Shown here: piece after piece, positions 48,926-58,953 of the stretch
Position numbering within the stretch: position 1 is the first letter of the stretch
Layout: each line of letters begins with the position of its first letter
From: Candidatus Multivoradales bacterium
Lineage (GTDB): Bacteria > Acidobacteriota > Thermoanaerobaculia > Multivoradales > J023
Length of the DNA stretch: 64,000 nt
Assembly: GCA_965248925.1 (NCBI GenBank)
Contig: CBDFLE010000004.1
Coordinates: forward strand, 1-64,000
Reading direction: 5' to 3'
Position numbers and translations under genes: made by a program
The notes under the pieces: generated by a model
The model's input: the letters and a program-made list of their open reading frames with translations, nothing else
The model's database searches: none
Told to the model about the DNA's origin: nothing

Positions 48926-50485
48926 CTAACGCTCCAAGTCGTGCATCATCGGATCGCGCAGCACGCGATAGTAGTGGTGGCTGCCGTAGAATGCGAAGTT
49001 GCTGACCCGCGAGGTGTAGAGGCAGGCAAAATCGTCGACTTGGGAACCGAAGAAGCTCTTGTTGCTGCCCTGCTTGAAAACCGAGCCCCAATAAGGGTTG
49101 AGAGCTTTGGAGATCCTCTCCTGCAGGCGTTTGACGTGCTTGCGTAGAGCCTTGTGTTCAGCCGCTAGGCCGCCCAGATAGGTCTCGGTCTGGGCGGCGA
49201 CTTGGCTGGCCTCAGGCTGGTCGTTGGCGTGCAGGCGATAGAGGCTAAGCACGTCCCGCAGGTCGTCGACCTGGTGGCCGAGTTCGGTGCTCTCAGCGCG
49301 CAAGACATCCAGGTGGCGCAGTTGCGAGACCAGTCCCTGCTGAATGGCGAGTTCATCCTCGAGCTCTCGCACCACCATCGCGGTACGCCAGGTGGAGGTC
49401 AGTTTCGATGACAAGATATCGCCGTAGATATGATCGCCAACGTAGAGAACCTCTTCTCCTGGGCAGTCGAGCAGGTCCATCAGCGCAGCTCGCGAGCCGC
49501 CGATGTAGCTCTTTCCCCACTCCGGGCGCTCAACCTCGGCCCCTGCCTGGCCATCGGCGCCGACTTCGCGGAAGGGCAGGGGCTTCTTGAAGAAGGTTGG
49601 CTTGCCGGCGAGAAAGACCACCAGGTCGAAGATCTGCCGCCAATTCTCGACTCCTGGCACCGCGCCTTCGAAAAGGTGTTTGCAAAGGGCGTCGGTGTAG
49701 TAAGGCTCGCTGTTGGTGATCAGGATCAAGCGCCGGCCACCCATTGACAGGCGCTCCAGAGCCAAGCTGAGCTGTGGATCGAGGGGCAGATAGCGGGGCA
49801 GGTCGGCCAGGATGTGACTCTTCAGCGAGCCGTCGGCGTGGATGCCGTCGATCGCTTTGCGACCATCTTCGAAGATTCTGCGATAGCTAGGTAGTGCATC
49901 GCCGAGGGTCTTCTTCAGCTCAACCAGCTCCGAGAATACGTTGACTTCAGGCAGCTCGAAGAGGGTGTCGACAAAGTAGAAGCGCTCGCTGGCCGGATTG
50001 ACCGGCTCGCGGCGGTAGAGTTCGGCTCGTTCTTCAGGGGGCAAGAAAGTGCGGCCATGAAAAGCGCGGCCGACGTAGCGGTGGCGGCTCATCTTGACCA
50101 CCGTGCCGGCGCGGGTGTCGATCAACTGACCCCGGCGGAGGAACTCGGCACGAAATTCCGCTTGCAGAATCTGCCGCGGATAGTCGAAATGCTCGACCAA
50201 GCAGGTCAGGGTGAGCTCGAAAGCCAGCTTGGCCATGGAGTCCTGATCGTAGTCGGCCAAGGTCCAATCGAGGTCAAAGCCGACGTAGCGGATCTTATCC
50301 ATGCGCAGCGTTCGGTTGACGAATACCCGGCGGCTGGAGGGCGGTCGCTGGTCAGCCAGTGCGTGGTGCAGCAGGCGGCTACCGGCGGAGGGTTCGAGAG
50401 CATCTAAAGCTGTAGCGTCGATCAAGTCATAGCTCCTGCTAAATCCTACGGATCGTCGGCCCCAAGGGTCCGAATTCTCTGGCAC
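48926..50485 (-). CDS. HAD-IG family 5'-nucleotidase (cN-II-like)
   Basis: VFVNRTL, GFDLDWTL, LITNS, KPTFF, YVGDHIYGDI, ACLYTSRVSN. Confidence 0.92.
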   Translation of the reverse strand: MPENSDPWGRRSVGFSRSYDLIDATALDALEPSAGSRLLHHALADQRPPSSRRVFVNRTLRMDKIRYVGFDLDWTLADYDQDSMAKLAFELTLTCLVEHFDYPRQILQAEFRAEFLRRGQLIDTRAGTVVKMSRHRYVGRAFHGRTFLPPEERAELYRREPVNPASERFYFVDTLFELPEVNVFSELVELKKTLGDALPSYRRIFEDGRKAIDGIHADGSLKSHILADLPRYLPLDPQLSLALERLSMGGRRLILITNSEPYYTDALCKHLFEGAVPGVENWRQIFDLVVFLAGKPTFFKKPLPFREVGADGQAGAEVERPEWGKSYIGGSRAALMDLLDCPGEEVLYVGDHIYGDILSSKLTSTWRTAMVVRELEDELAIQQGLVSQLRHLDVLRAESTELGHQVDDLRDVLSLYRLHANDQPEASQVAAQTETYLGGLAAEHKALRKHVKRLQERISKALNPYWGSVFKQGSNKSFFGSQVDDFACLYTSRVSNFAFYGSHHYYRVLRDPMMHDLER

Positions 50486-50806
50486 TGGCGAGTGTTCCTG
50501 GCGTGACTTCGCTGCTGTCTAGGAGATCAGCAGTTGGATTGGCGGCCAGCGAAAAAGGAATCGCCTGGGTACATGCTATTCGATGGCCGCCAACCGAGTG
50601 TCTTTTCCGGGCTCGATGGCCGGATCGCCGTGATAGCCTGGACGGGTTCAAGCGGGGGCTGCTGCCCTCCACCAAACACCTCATCCAAGCACGAACATCG
50701 GGAAATCAGGCCGCGTTCCTCGGGCTAGCGGGGGATGAGGTGGGCTCGAAGGAACACTCGGGTCAGAGGGCCGACCTCTGACCACGGTTGGAGGGAGTGC
50801 CGGCAA

Positions 50807-52501
50807 ATGACGCGAAGAGTCTCAATTTTGTGTTCCTTGGCTACACTTTACTTGATTTGGGCAGCCTTGGTGCCTGACGCCGTCGAAGCTGCTCCGACAG
50901 CTACTCGCCAGGTGGTGCGGATCGCCCTCGAGCAGGATCCGGCGCGCCTGCAAGCTCTGGTGGCGGCGGTCGATGTCTGGGGTTATCAGCTCAGCGAGGG
51001 GGTGGTGATCGCCGCGGTCTCGCCGAATCAACTCGCTGAGTTAGTTGCCGCCGGATGGCAGGTGAGCATCGACGAGCAGCGCAGCGCTGAGTTGGCGACC
51101 CCACGCCGCCGCTTGCCGGGCCAGACTCGAGGCGTTCCTGGTTTTCCCTGCTACCGCACGGTGGAGGAGACCTACGCCGATCTCTCGACCCTGGCGCAAC
51201 AGCATCCGACCCTCGCTTCCTGGATCGATATCGGTGACAGTTGGGAGAAGTCCAGCGGTTTCGCTGCTGGCTACGACATGCAAGCCTTGGTGCTGCGCAA
51301 CGACGCGGTTCCCGGTCCCAAGGCGCCTTTTCTGTTGCTGGCGGCGATCCATGCCCGCGAGTACACCACCGCTGAACTCGCCACTCGTTTTGCCGAGTTG
51401 CTGCTCGCCGGCTACGGCGTCGACCCGGACTTGACTTGGCTTATTGATCACCGTGAGATCCACATCGTGCCGCAGCAGAATCCGGACGGTCGCAAGCGGG
51501 CCGAGGAGGGGTTGTCCTGGCGCAAGAACACTGACAACGACCACTGTTCGGGAAGCAATTTCCGCGGCATCGATTTAAATCGCAACAGCGCTTTCCTATG
51601 GGGCAATAGCGGCTCCTCGGGCAGTGCTTGCAGCGACATATACCGCGGTCCGGCAGCCAGCTCGGAGCCTGAAACGCAGGCCATCGAGGCTTATATGGCG
51701 ACGGTTTTCGCTGATCAGCGGGGCGAGATGCTCACCGACGCGGCGCCGATCGACACCACCGGCTTGTTTATCTCCCTGCACAGTTTCAGCGAGCTGGTGC
51801 TCTATCCTTGGGAAGGGGTTGGCAGTTTGGCGCCCAACAGCACCGCCCTGGCGACTCTGGGACGCAAGTTCGGCTTTTTCAACGACTACAGCGTCTGCCA
51901 GACTTGCTTGCCGACCGCGGCGGGAACCACCGTCGACCAGGCTTACGGCACCTACGGCGTGGCGGCGTATACTTTTGAGCTTGGCACCAATTTTTTCCAG
52001 AGTTGCAGTGCCTTCGAGGACGATATCTTGGCGGCTAACTTGGATGCTTTGGTCTACGCCGCCAAGGCAGCGCGGCGCCCCTATCAAGAGCCTGCCGGGC
52101 CAGAGGTGATGGCGGTGGCCCTGGGCGACGGAACCGCGCCCCTACTCACCGCTACCGCTGACGACAGGCGCTTCGATAGCAACGGTTTTGGCGGCGAGCC
52201 GGTGCAGGTCGTGGTGGCGGCCTACTACTCCATCGATACGCCCCCCTGGCAAGTTGCATCTGGCACTGCCATGAGTGCGGCGGATGGCACCTTCGACGGA
52301 TTCACCGAGGCTGTCGAGGCCACCCTCGACCTCAGTGGGCTGGCCAACGGAAGGCATTTGGTGTGGGTGTGGGCGGAAGACGCCGCCGGCAACCTCGGTG
52401 TACCGAGCACAGTTTTTCTGCAGATTCTTGAGTCCCCTCTGTTCGCCGATGGGTTTGAGAGCGGCGATACCGGTGGCTGGGACTTCACCGATTCCCCTTG
52501 A
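50807..52501 (+). CDS. Secreted M14 zinc carboxypeptidase
   Basis: HARE, NPDG, RKN, DLNRN, SEPE, LHSF, YTFELG, C-terminal LFADGFESGD. Confidence 0.93.
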   Translation: MTRRVSILCSLATLYLIWAALVPDAVEAAPTATRQVVRIALEQDPARLQALVAAVDVWGYQLSEGVVIAAVSPNQLAELVAAGWQVSIDEQRSAELATPRRRLPGQTRGVPGFPCYRTVEETYADLSTLAQQHPTLASWIDIGDSWEKSSGFAAGYDMQALVLRNDAVPGPKAPFLLLAAIHAREYTTAELATRFAELLLAGYGVDPDLTWLIDHREIHIVPQQNPDGRKRAEEGLSWRKNTDNDHCSGSNFRGIDLNRNSAFLWGNSGSSGSACSDIYRGPAASSEPETQAIEAYMATVFADQRGEMLTDAAPIDTTGLFISLHSFSELVLYPWEGVGSLAPNSTALATLGRKFGFFNDYSVCQTCLPTAAGTTVDQAYGTYGVAAYTFELGTNFFQSCSAFEDDILAANLDALVYAAKAARRPYQEPAGPEVMAVALGDGTAPLLTATADDRRFDSNGFGGEPVQVVVAAYYSIDTPPWQVASGTAMSAADGTFDGFTEAVEATLDLSGLANGRHLVWVWAEDAAGNLGVPSTVFLQILESPLFADGFESGDTGGWDFTDSP

Positions 52502-52533
52502 GCTGAAGCGGCGCACGGCTGGTCCCCTCAGTC

Positions 52534-53088
52534 CTACGTCCCGATGGACTTCCCTGCCTCCCAAGCCCGCTGGATGTCGAGGATGATGCGCTCGTGATGA
52601 CGGTGGTGGATGCTCAGGAAGCGCAACCAATCGAGGATCGTCAGCTGGCCGAAGAGGGGATGTGGGTGGGTCCCTGAGGAGCTTGCGATATCACTCAGCC
52701 GTTCTCCCAAAGCCCCTAAGCGACGGTGTTGATGCTCACTGAGAGCAGCGAGTTCAGCTTGCTCCAGCCCCTTCGGTCGCAACGCCTTTGGAGCTTGGCC
52801 ACGGCCGCGCGGAATGCGTCCGAGGGTCAAGAGAATGCGGCCGGCGACGGTGAAATGGCGGGGCTTCTGAGTCGCGGGATCATCGGCCAAGATCTTCTCC
52901 AAGCCGTCCAGGATGGCCGAGTCGGCCAACGCCAAGTGCTCCAGGTGGTGACCGATGCTCCACCGCGACACCCTCTCGCTGCGCGCTGCCACCACTTCCG
53001 GTCGACTTGCCAACTCACTGGCTCGGGCAAGGAACCGCAGGGCTTTTCGCCATCTCTGGCTGGTTTTGGCGGAAGGGTGGGTCGTCAA
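52534..53088 (-). CDS. DinB-family protein
   Basis: WSIGHHLEHL, HPHPLFGQL, HHRHH. TTG overlaps the ampG stop. Confidence 0.85.
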   Translation of the reverse strand: MTTHPSAKTSQRWRKALRFLARASELASRPEVVAARSERVSRWSIGHHLEHLALADSAILDGLEKILADDPATQKPRHFTVAGRILLTLGRIPRGRGQAPKALRPKGLEQAELAALSEHQHRRLGALGERLSDIASSSGTHPHPLFGQLTILDWLRFLSIHHRHHERIILDIQRAWEAGKSIGT

Positions 53089-54365
53089 GGGTTGGGGTTC
53101 TCCGGGACGGGGTCGTTGCTGGTGCCAGCCTGCCACGGGGCGACTCGACTCAGCAATAGTAAGCCGGGGATGGCGATCAAGGTGCAACCGAGGAAGTAGA
53201 GCGGCCAGCCGAGGGCCGCTACCGCGTAGCCAGTACCGGCCGAGAACACAGATCGTGGCACCCCGACTATGCTGGTCAAGAGAGCATATTGGGTGGCGGT
53301 GAATTTCTTGTTGGTGCGGGCTCCGTTGAAGGCGATCAGGGCCGCCGCCCCGCAGCCGGTTCCGAGGTTCTCAAACGAAATCACCGCGGTCAGCAAAGGC
53401 AAGCTGGCGCCAACCTTGGCCAACACCACGAAGCCGGCGGTGGAGACCATCTGCACAAAGCCGAAGACCCAAAGAGCTTTGTTGATACCGATGCGCAGCA
53501 TCACCACGCCGCCGAGGAAAGCGCCTCCGATGGTCATCCAAAAGCCGAATAGCTTGGTGATGCTGCCAATCTGGGTCTTCGAGAAGCCAAGTTCGAGATA
53601 GAACAGTGTCGACATCGAGCTGGCCATCCAATCGCCCATCTTGTAAATCATGATGAACAACAGCAGCAATATCGCACCATCGCGCTTGAAGAATTCGACG
53701 AAAGGCTCTACCACCGCTTCCCTAAAGTTCTGCGGGGTGCCCTCAGTCACTTTCGGTTCGGGGGTGAAGAGAGTGGTGATCAGTCCCACCAGCAGCGAGC
53801 CCGCCATGATCGCGTAGACCGCCGAATAGGGCATGCGGTCCGCCAGGATCAAGCCGCCGCCGCTGGCCAGCAGCATGCCGAGGCGATAGCCGTAGATGTA
53901 GTAGGTCGAGCCAAGGCCGAGTTCGCTGTCCGACAGATCCTCCCGCCGGTAGGCATCGATCACCGTGTCTTGGCTGGCGCTGAAGAACGATACCAAGAGC
54001 GCCATCAAGCCAACGGCGCCGGGGTCGAGACCGGGGTTCGTCTGGCCGAGGCCGAATATCGCCGCCATCAACAGCACTTGGAAAATCAACATCCAACCGC
54101 GGCGTCGGCCGAGAAAGGGGGGCGCGAATCGATCGAGCAGTGGGGCCCACAGGAACTTTAGCGTGTAGGGCAGCTGGGCCAGCGCCAAGAGACCGATCTT
54201 GCCGATGTCGACCCCTTCGTCTCGCATCCACGCTTGCAGCAGGCCAATGGTTAGCAGCAGTGGCAAGCCGGAGGCGAAGCCCATCAAGAAGCTCACCAAC
54301 ATGCGCCGGTTGACGATCGCTCGCAGGGCGGCCAGGCGCCGTGGCGGTGTTGCTTGGCTGGTCAT
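53085..54365 (-). CDS. ampG: AmpG muropeptide MFS transporter
   Basis: GFASGLP, KFLWAPLLD, GRRRGW, SASQDTVIDAYR, ATQYALL. Confidence 0.95.
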   Translation of the reverse strand: MTSQATPPRRLAALRAIVNRRMLVSFLMGFASGLPLLLTIGLLQAWMRDEGVDIGKIGLLALAQLPYTLKFLWAPLLDRFAPPFLGRRRGWMLIFQVLLMAAIFGLGQTNPGLDPGAVGLMALLVSFFSASQDTVIDAYRREDLSDSELGLGSTYYIYGYRLGMLLASGGGLILADRMPYSAVYAIMAGSLLVGLITTLFTPEPKVTEGTPQNFREAVVEPFVEFFKRDGAILLLLFIMIYKMGDWMASSMSTLFYLELGFSKTQIGSITKLFGFWMTIGGAFLGGVVMLRIGINKALWVFGFVQMVSTAGFVVLAKVGASLPLLTAVISFENLGTGCGAAALIAFNGARTNKKFTATQYALLTSIVGVPRSVFSAGTGYAVAALGWPLYFLGCTLIAIPGLLLLSRVAPWQAGTSNDPVPENPNP

Positions 54366-54399
54366 GATTCGGTGTCTCTTGCGCGGTTGCGGAACCCTG

Positions 54400-54861
54400 C
54401 TATGGAGGCAGTTTTTCAGGGTCTGGCGGTGGCTGGGCTAGCCCGCTGTCCTGCGGCGTCGTCTCCACCGGCGTCGTCTCCACCGGCGTCGTCTTCACCG
54501 GCGTCGTCTTCACCGGTCGCAAGCCGGTCAGCCAGAGCAGCTTGCGCTCCTTGAAGCGGACCTCGAAGTCGATCTCGATCTCGGCACCGGGAGTCAGGCC
54601 CTTCAGTAGCGCCGGGTTCTCGATCACGAAGGGCATCGACATCGCTTGCATGCCAACGATCTGGCCGTCCGCGTCGGTGAACTCCGGGATCGCCTGGTGG
54701 CGAATCAGCACTTCCGGGAGGCTCGCTCCGGCCTCGGGCAGACCGCGCAAGACGCCACGCACAGTGTAGCTCGGCGGCGGCTCGCTGGGGGTGGGTTGAC
54801 CGCTACAGGCGGTGATCAGTATGAGGATCAACGGCCAGCAGGTCGAGAGGATGCGTTTCAT
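54400..54861 (-). CDS. CusF-like copper-binding lipoprotein
   Basis: Lipobox ITAC, IRHQAIP...GMQAMSMPF. Confidence 0.8.
   Translation of the reverse strand: MKRILSTCWPLILILITACSGQPTPSEPPPSYTVRGVLRGLPEAGASLPEVLIRHQAIPEFTDADGQIVGMQAMSMPFVIENPALLKGLTPGAEIEIDFEVRFKERKLLWLTGLRPVKTTPVKTTPVETTPVETTPQDSGLAQPPPDPEKLPP
54454..54516. repeat. 15-bp tandem repeat x4 (PV[K/E]TT) in the CusF-like tail
   Basis: CGGCGTCGTCT(C/T)CAC x4. Confidence 0.95.
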
Positions 54862-54993
54862 AGCGGTGGATGTTACCGTAGCTCGGGTTCGATGACGGAT
54901 TTCTCACCCTGGTGATGAGCCGTGTATCATGAAGATATTCTGCTTGCTCACCGCGGATCAACCCGCCCAGAAACTCTCAAGGAGGCATCCCGC

Positions 54994-55542
54994 ATGCATT
55001 CACCACAAGTTCTCTTTGCCCTTCTGCTTTTACTCATTGGGCTGCCATCGCTTTTGGTGGCGGAACCGCAGCTGGAAGCCGCTGCCGCTTTCGCGCAAAT
55101 CAAGTCTCTCGCCGGCAGCTGGCAGGAGGAGGTGGGTTCTGGCGAGGAAGAGAGCGGAACGATGACCAGCCATCACGATTTTGAAGTTTCGGCCAACGGC
55201 ACCATCGTCATCGAGAGGATGAATCCGGGTAGCGAGCACGAGATGATCAACGTCTACCATCTCGATGGTGAAGAGCTGGTCCTGACTCACTACTGCTCCA
55301 GCGGCAACCAGCCGACGATGAAATTAGACCGCAGTCGGAGTAACGCTAACGAGTTGGCGTTCGACTTCGCAGGCGGCACCAACCTGGACGATGCTGACCA
55401 CTTCATCGGTGGGGCGGTCCTCCGCTTGTTGGGCGAGAAGAGCCTCGAGAGCACCTGGATTGCCTACGATGGCGACAAGCAACCAGGTCCGCCGATGTCA
55501 ATCCAACTCACCCGCCTCGACGGCGAGGGAAATTCTATTTAG
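54994..55542 (+). CDS. Hypothetical secreted protein
   Basis: AAGGAGG RBS, signal peptide, YHLDG..L.LTHYC..GNQP motif. Confidence 0.75.
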   Translation: MHSPQVLFALLLLLIGLPSLLVAEPQLEAAAAFAQIKSLAGSWQEEVGSGEEESGTMTSHHDFEVSANGTIVIERMNPGSEHEMINVYHLDGEELVLTHYCSSGNQPTMKLDRSRSNANELAFDFAGGTNLDDADHFIGGAVLRLLGEKSLESTWIAYDGDKQPGPPMSIQLTRLDGEGNSI

Positions 55543-55607
55543 ATCCGGTTCTTGGTGGAGATTCTCGGTCAGTGGGTAAAGCGCGCCGAGCAGGGTAGGC
55601 TCTGGCC

Positions 55608-56411
55608 ATGCCCCGCCTGTCCGAGATCCTCTTGCTCATCTCCCTCCTGACTGCTGCCGATGGCTACCTCATCGAGCAGCAACTCCAGGCCGCGCAGCGG
55701 CAGCCACTCGCTCAGGTGGCAGCCTCGTCGCGTCGCCTGTGGCTGGTTCTACATCAGCGCGAAGAGTGGCCCTGGGCCTTCTACGCGCGGCCTAATCTGC
55801 GCCTGGCCGCCGACCAGCAGCAGGCGGCAGGGCTCGGTTCACGAGCCGCAATGCAGGTTCCTCGGTTGTTGGTCTATGCGCCTTACTATGTCGAGCGCGG
55901 CCGCCTGAAGGTGTTGTCGAGCATGGCGGTGGATGTCGCCGATATCTATCTGGCCGCTCTGTTCGAAGCCTACTTGGATGAGCAATTGCGCTCTCGATCT
56001 CCCTATGGCGCCGAACTCTCGGCGCGGGCGGCTGAGATGCTAGACGACGTTCCCGCAGCGCAACGGCCGGCCGCTTTGGCGAGTGCCTTGGCGGACTTCG
56101 GCGCCCACCTGACCAAGATTGCTTTGCAGGTCGAGCAGTTGTCCGATAGGCGCAACTCGCCGCGCCAGCTCTGTCCGCTGGTGCGCCAGCGGGTGGCACT
56201 GTTCGGTGCTTGGGAGCGGAACTTCGGCGAAGGCGGTTTCCCGATTCAGTATCGTCCCGCGGGCGGCGGTGGGCGGGACTGGGAGACCAGCTCGGCGAGA
56301 CTATCGAGGAGCGACAAACAGCAGTTCATCGACGCCGTTCTGGAGGGACGTTGGAGAGGCGATTCGGTGCTGGATTTCAGCTGGTTGTGCGAGCCGCTGG
56401 GTGATCGCTGA
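55608..56411 (+). CDS. Hypothetical protein
   Basis: 267-aa ORF with an N-terminal hydrophobic segment. TAGGCT-N6-ATG start context. Confidence 0.6.
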   Translation: MPRLSEILLLISLLTAADGYLIEQQLQAAQRQPLAQVAASSRRLWLVLHQREEWPWAFYARPNLRLAADQQQAAGLGSRAAMQVPRLLVYAPYYVERGRLKVLSSMAVDVADIYLAALFEAYLDEQLRSRSPYGAELSARAAEMLDDVPAAQRPAALASALADFGAHLTKIALQVEQLSDRRNSPRQLCPLVRQRVALFGAWERNFGEGGFPIQYRPAGGGGRDWETSSARLSRSDKQQFIDAVLEGRWRGDSVLDFSWLCEPLGDR

Positions 56412-56450
56412 ATTCGCGCTAACCATCGCTAGTTGCGGGTCTTAAGGGCC

Positions 56451-56730
56451 GTTGATAGCGACCGGCCTATATCAACTGTGGAAAAGTCGTCGCCGGTAGC
56501 CCTCGCCAGGCTTGGAGCCTCCTCTGAGAAATTTTACTAAGTCTTTTGTTTTTAAGACTTAACTATAGTTGCACAGATTGGTGTGCAAATCGCATCAGAT
56601 CCCGAGAAACTCAGTCTTTTTGGTCGTTTTAGGGTGAGTTTTCCACAGGGATTTCCACGTTTTCTGTTGAAAGTGCCTGAAACCGTTGTAAGAGAGACAC
56701 TTACACCTTTTGAGGTACATCCGCAGCCAG
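56451..56730. other. AT-rich intergenic DnaA-box cluster (oriC candidate)
   Basis: TGTGGAAAA 56477-56485 and TTTTCCACA 56639-56647 (9/9), TGTGCAAAT 56582-56590 (8/9), three 7/9 boxes, AT tract 56528-56570. Confidence 0.55.
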
Positions 56731-56850
56731 ATAGAAGGGTCATAACGGCGACAAGTCGAGAGGTGGGCTTGGCGGTCGAAACTGGTGCTGGTTGGTCTAA
56801 AGTAGCGCAGCCGGTGCCCACTGCAGCGGCGCTTCGGTGGAGGTAGAAAA

Positions 56851-57864
56851 GTGGCTGTCGAGAGGTTCCTTATACACCTGGCTGCGGAACACGCTGGCCG
56901 GCGCTTGGATCAGGCGTTGGCGGCGGCCTTGCCCCAGGCCCTCGGGGCGGAGATCTCGCGACGGGCGGTGCGACGCTTGATCGCCGCCGGTGCGGTGCAT
57001 GTGAACCGCAAGCGGTTGCGGGTGGCCTCTCGTACCTTGGCGGCGGGAGCCAGCATAGAAGTCTATGTCGATCGCCAGCTGCTCGCCGGTGCCGTTCAGC
57101 AGCCAGAGCCGCCGGCTTTGCGGGTGCTGTGGGAGGATGCCCACCTGATCGCCGTCGACAAACCCGCCGGCTTGCCAGTGCAGGCGACCCGCAGTGACGC
57201 GGTGCATCATCTCGAAGCGCTGGTCCGGCGTCGGTTGGCGACGCAGGGCGGCGGCCCGCGGCCCTACTTGGCTTTGCACCAACGGCTCGACAGCGGCACC
57301 TCGGGGATCGTAGTGCTGGCCAAGAGTCGGGCGGCCAACGCTGGTCTGGCGCGAGTCTTTGCCAACCGTCAGGTCAGCAAGCTCTACCGCGCCGTGGTGG
57401 TAGAGGATGTCGAAGCAGAGTCCGAGAGTACTTGGACGGTCGAGTGCCGTCTCGACAAGGTGGTCGATCGCGATGGCCAGCGGCGCATCGCGGTGGTCGA
57501 GGAGGGTGGACGCCAGTCGCAGACTCACTTCGAGCGGTTCGGTTCGGCCGCGGGGCGGTGCTTTGTGGATGCCCGGCCGGTTACCGGTCGCACCCACCAA
57601 ATCCGCGTCCACCTGGCCGCCAGCGGTCTGCCGGTCTGGGGCGATTCGGTCTATGGCGTCGTTGCTGGCGCGTCACGGCTGATGCTGCATGCCTGGCAGC
57701 TAGAAGTCGAACATCCGCTGAGTGGTGAGCTGCTGAGTCTTGAGAGTGACTTACCGGCTGATTTCGCACCACCTGAGCGATCTGCCGCCTCCGCAGCCAC
57801 GGTGAAGGGTGGCTCAGTTGGTCTCGAACCGGACTCTGCCGACCCGCAGCTCGGTGGGGGTTAG
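56851..57864 (+). CDS. RluA-family pseudouridine synthase with S4 domain
   Basis: RLDQAL, VDKPAGL, QRLDSGTSG, TGRTHQIRVHL, MLHA. Confidence 0.92.
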   Translation: MAVERFLIHLAAEHAGRRLDQALAAALPQALGAEISRRAVRRLIAAGAVHVNRKRLRVASRTLAAGASIEVYVDRQLLAGAVQQPEPPALRVLWEDAHLIAVDKPAGLPVQATRSDAVHHLEALVRRRLATQGGGPRPYLALHQRLDSGTSGIVVLAKSRAANAGLARVFANRQVSKLYRAVVVEDVEAESESTWTVECRLDKVVDRDGQRRIAVVEEGGRQSQTHFERFGSAAGRCFVDARPVTGRTHQIRVHLAASGLPVWGDSVYGVVAGASRLMLHAWQLEVEHPLSGELLSLESDLPADFAPPERSAASAATVKGGSVGLEPDSADPQLGGG

Positions 57865-58953
57865 AGGACTGTCGATATAGGCCAGGGAGCCGCTGGCGGC
57901 ATCGAGTAGCCAGACCCCTCGGGTGGTTCCGGAAACCAGCCGAGGAATCGCGGTCAGCTGCCGTGGTTCCTCGCTTGGCGCCAGTACTGCCGAGAGGTTG
58001 GCGGTCAGCGGCACCAAGCTGGGGGGGGCGTCGTCGCTGAGGCCGTCGAGTAGGCCCAAGGCGCCGCTCGGAGTGTGGATCAGCAGCACCGAGAGAGTCT
58101 TGCCGCCGCCTTGCAAAGGGATGGGTAAGAAGCGTTGGTCGGCGGTGTCGTTAAGCGACTCGGGGAACAGCCGGGTCAGCGCCAGTGGGCTGCGCCGAGC
58201 GGTCGGCCGGGCTGGCGCTGCTGGGTCGATATCGAGGAAGAACAGTCGTCCGCCAGCTTGGTCGACCAGCAAGAAGCCACGGGTGCCGCTAGCGCCTTCC
58301 AAACTGACCGCGGCGATCCGAGACATGGTGGGTAGATCCACCACCTGGGTCACCCCGGGTTCGGTCGACAAATTGTAGATGTCGGTGACCATCAAGCAAC
58401 CGCCGGTGGGGGCGTGGTAGAGGTAGATTGCCTCGGTACGGCCGTTGCGCGCCCTGCGGGGCAGTAGGGCGAAGGCCCCATCGACCGCCGCCAGGCGACT
58501 GAACGGCCGGCCAATGGTGGTGATCATCTGGCCGAGCTTCTGTTTGCGAGCAAAGGCGTCGAAGTAGGCTAGATAGCCGGTGCTGGTTTCCACTAGCACG
58601 GCGCTCCGCACTGAGCCATTGGCGCTGTGCAAGGGTAGCAACTGGACTTCGCCGGCTAGGGCAGGCTGATTCTCGGGTCGGCCCATGACCCCGAAGAGGT
58701 TCTCACTGAGCAGTTGCCGCCGAAGTTGCTGCGGGTTGCGGGTCAGGCGATCGACCAGGAAACCACGACCGTCGGTGCTGTCGAAGTAGATGAAAGTGTC
58801 GGTGGAGCCGCTGCTGTCGAGGCGCCAGGCGGCGATCAAAGACCGTAAAGACCGTTGTGTGGTCGGTTGGGCTGCGGCAGGGACCCAGCTGACTAACAGC
58901 AAAAGGGCTGACAAAAAGGGTAGGGCAAAGAGGTTTTTGTGCTGTGGCATCAA
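57814..58953 (-). CDS. Hypothetical secreted protein (beta-propeller-like)
   Basis: Signal peptide ending PAAA, recurring LVETSTG / LIHTPSG / LLDAASG blade-like motifs. Confidence 0.65.
   Translation of the reverse strand: MMPQHKNLFALPFLSALLLLVSWVPAAAQPTTQRSLRSLIAAWRLDSSGSTDTFIYFDSTDGRGFLVDRLTRNPQQLRRQLLSENLFGVMGRPENQPALAGEVQLLPLHSANGSVRSAVLVETSTGYLAYFDAFARKQKLGQMITTIGRPFSRLAAVDGAFALLPRRARNGRTEAIYLYHAPTGGCLMVTDIYNLSTEPGVTQVVDLPTMSRIAAVSLEGASGTRGFLLVDQAGGRLFFLDIDPAAPARPTARRSPLALTRLFPESLNDTADQRFLPIPLQGGGKTLSVLLIHTPSGALGLLDGLSDDAPPSLVPLTANLSAVLAPSEEPRQLTAIPRLVSGTTRGVWLLDAASGSLAYIDSPLTPTELRVGRVRFETN

Noticed and set aside
54454-54516. CRISPR-like repeats
   Set aside because: Contiguous 15-mers without spacers inside a CDS.
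56552-56846. Small ORFs in the DnaA-box region
   Set aside because: Atypical composition, no RBS or motifs. The region is better explained as noncoding.
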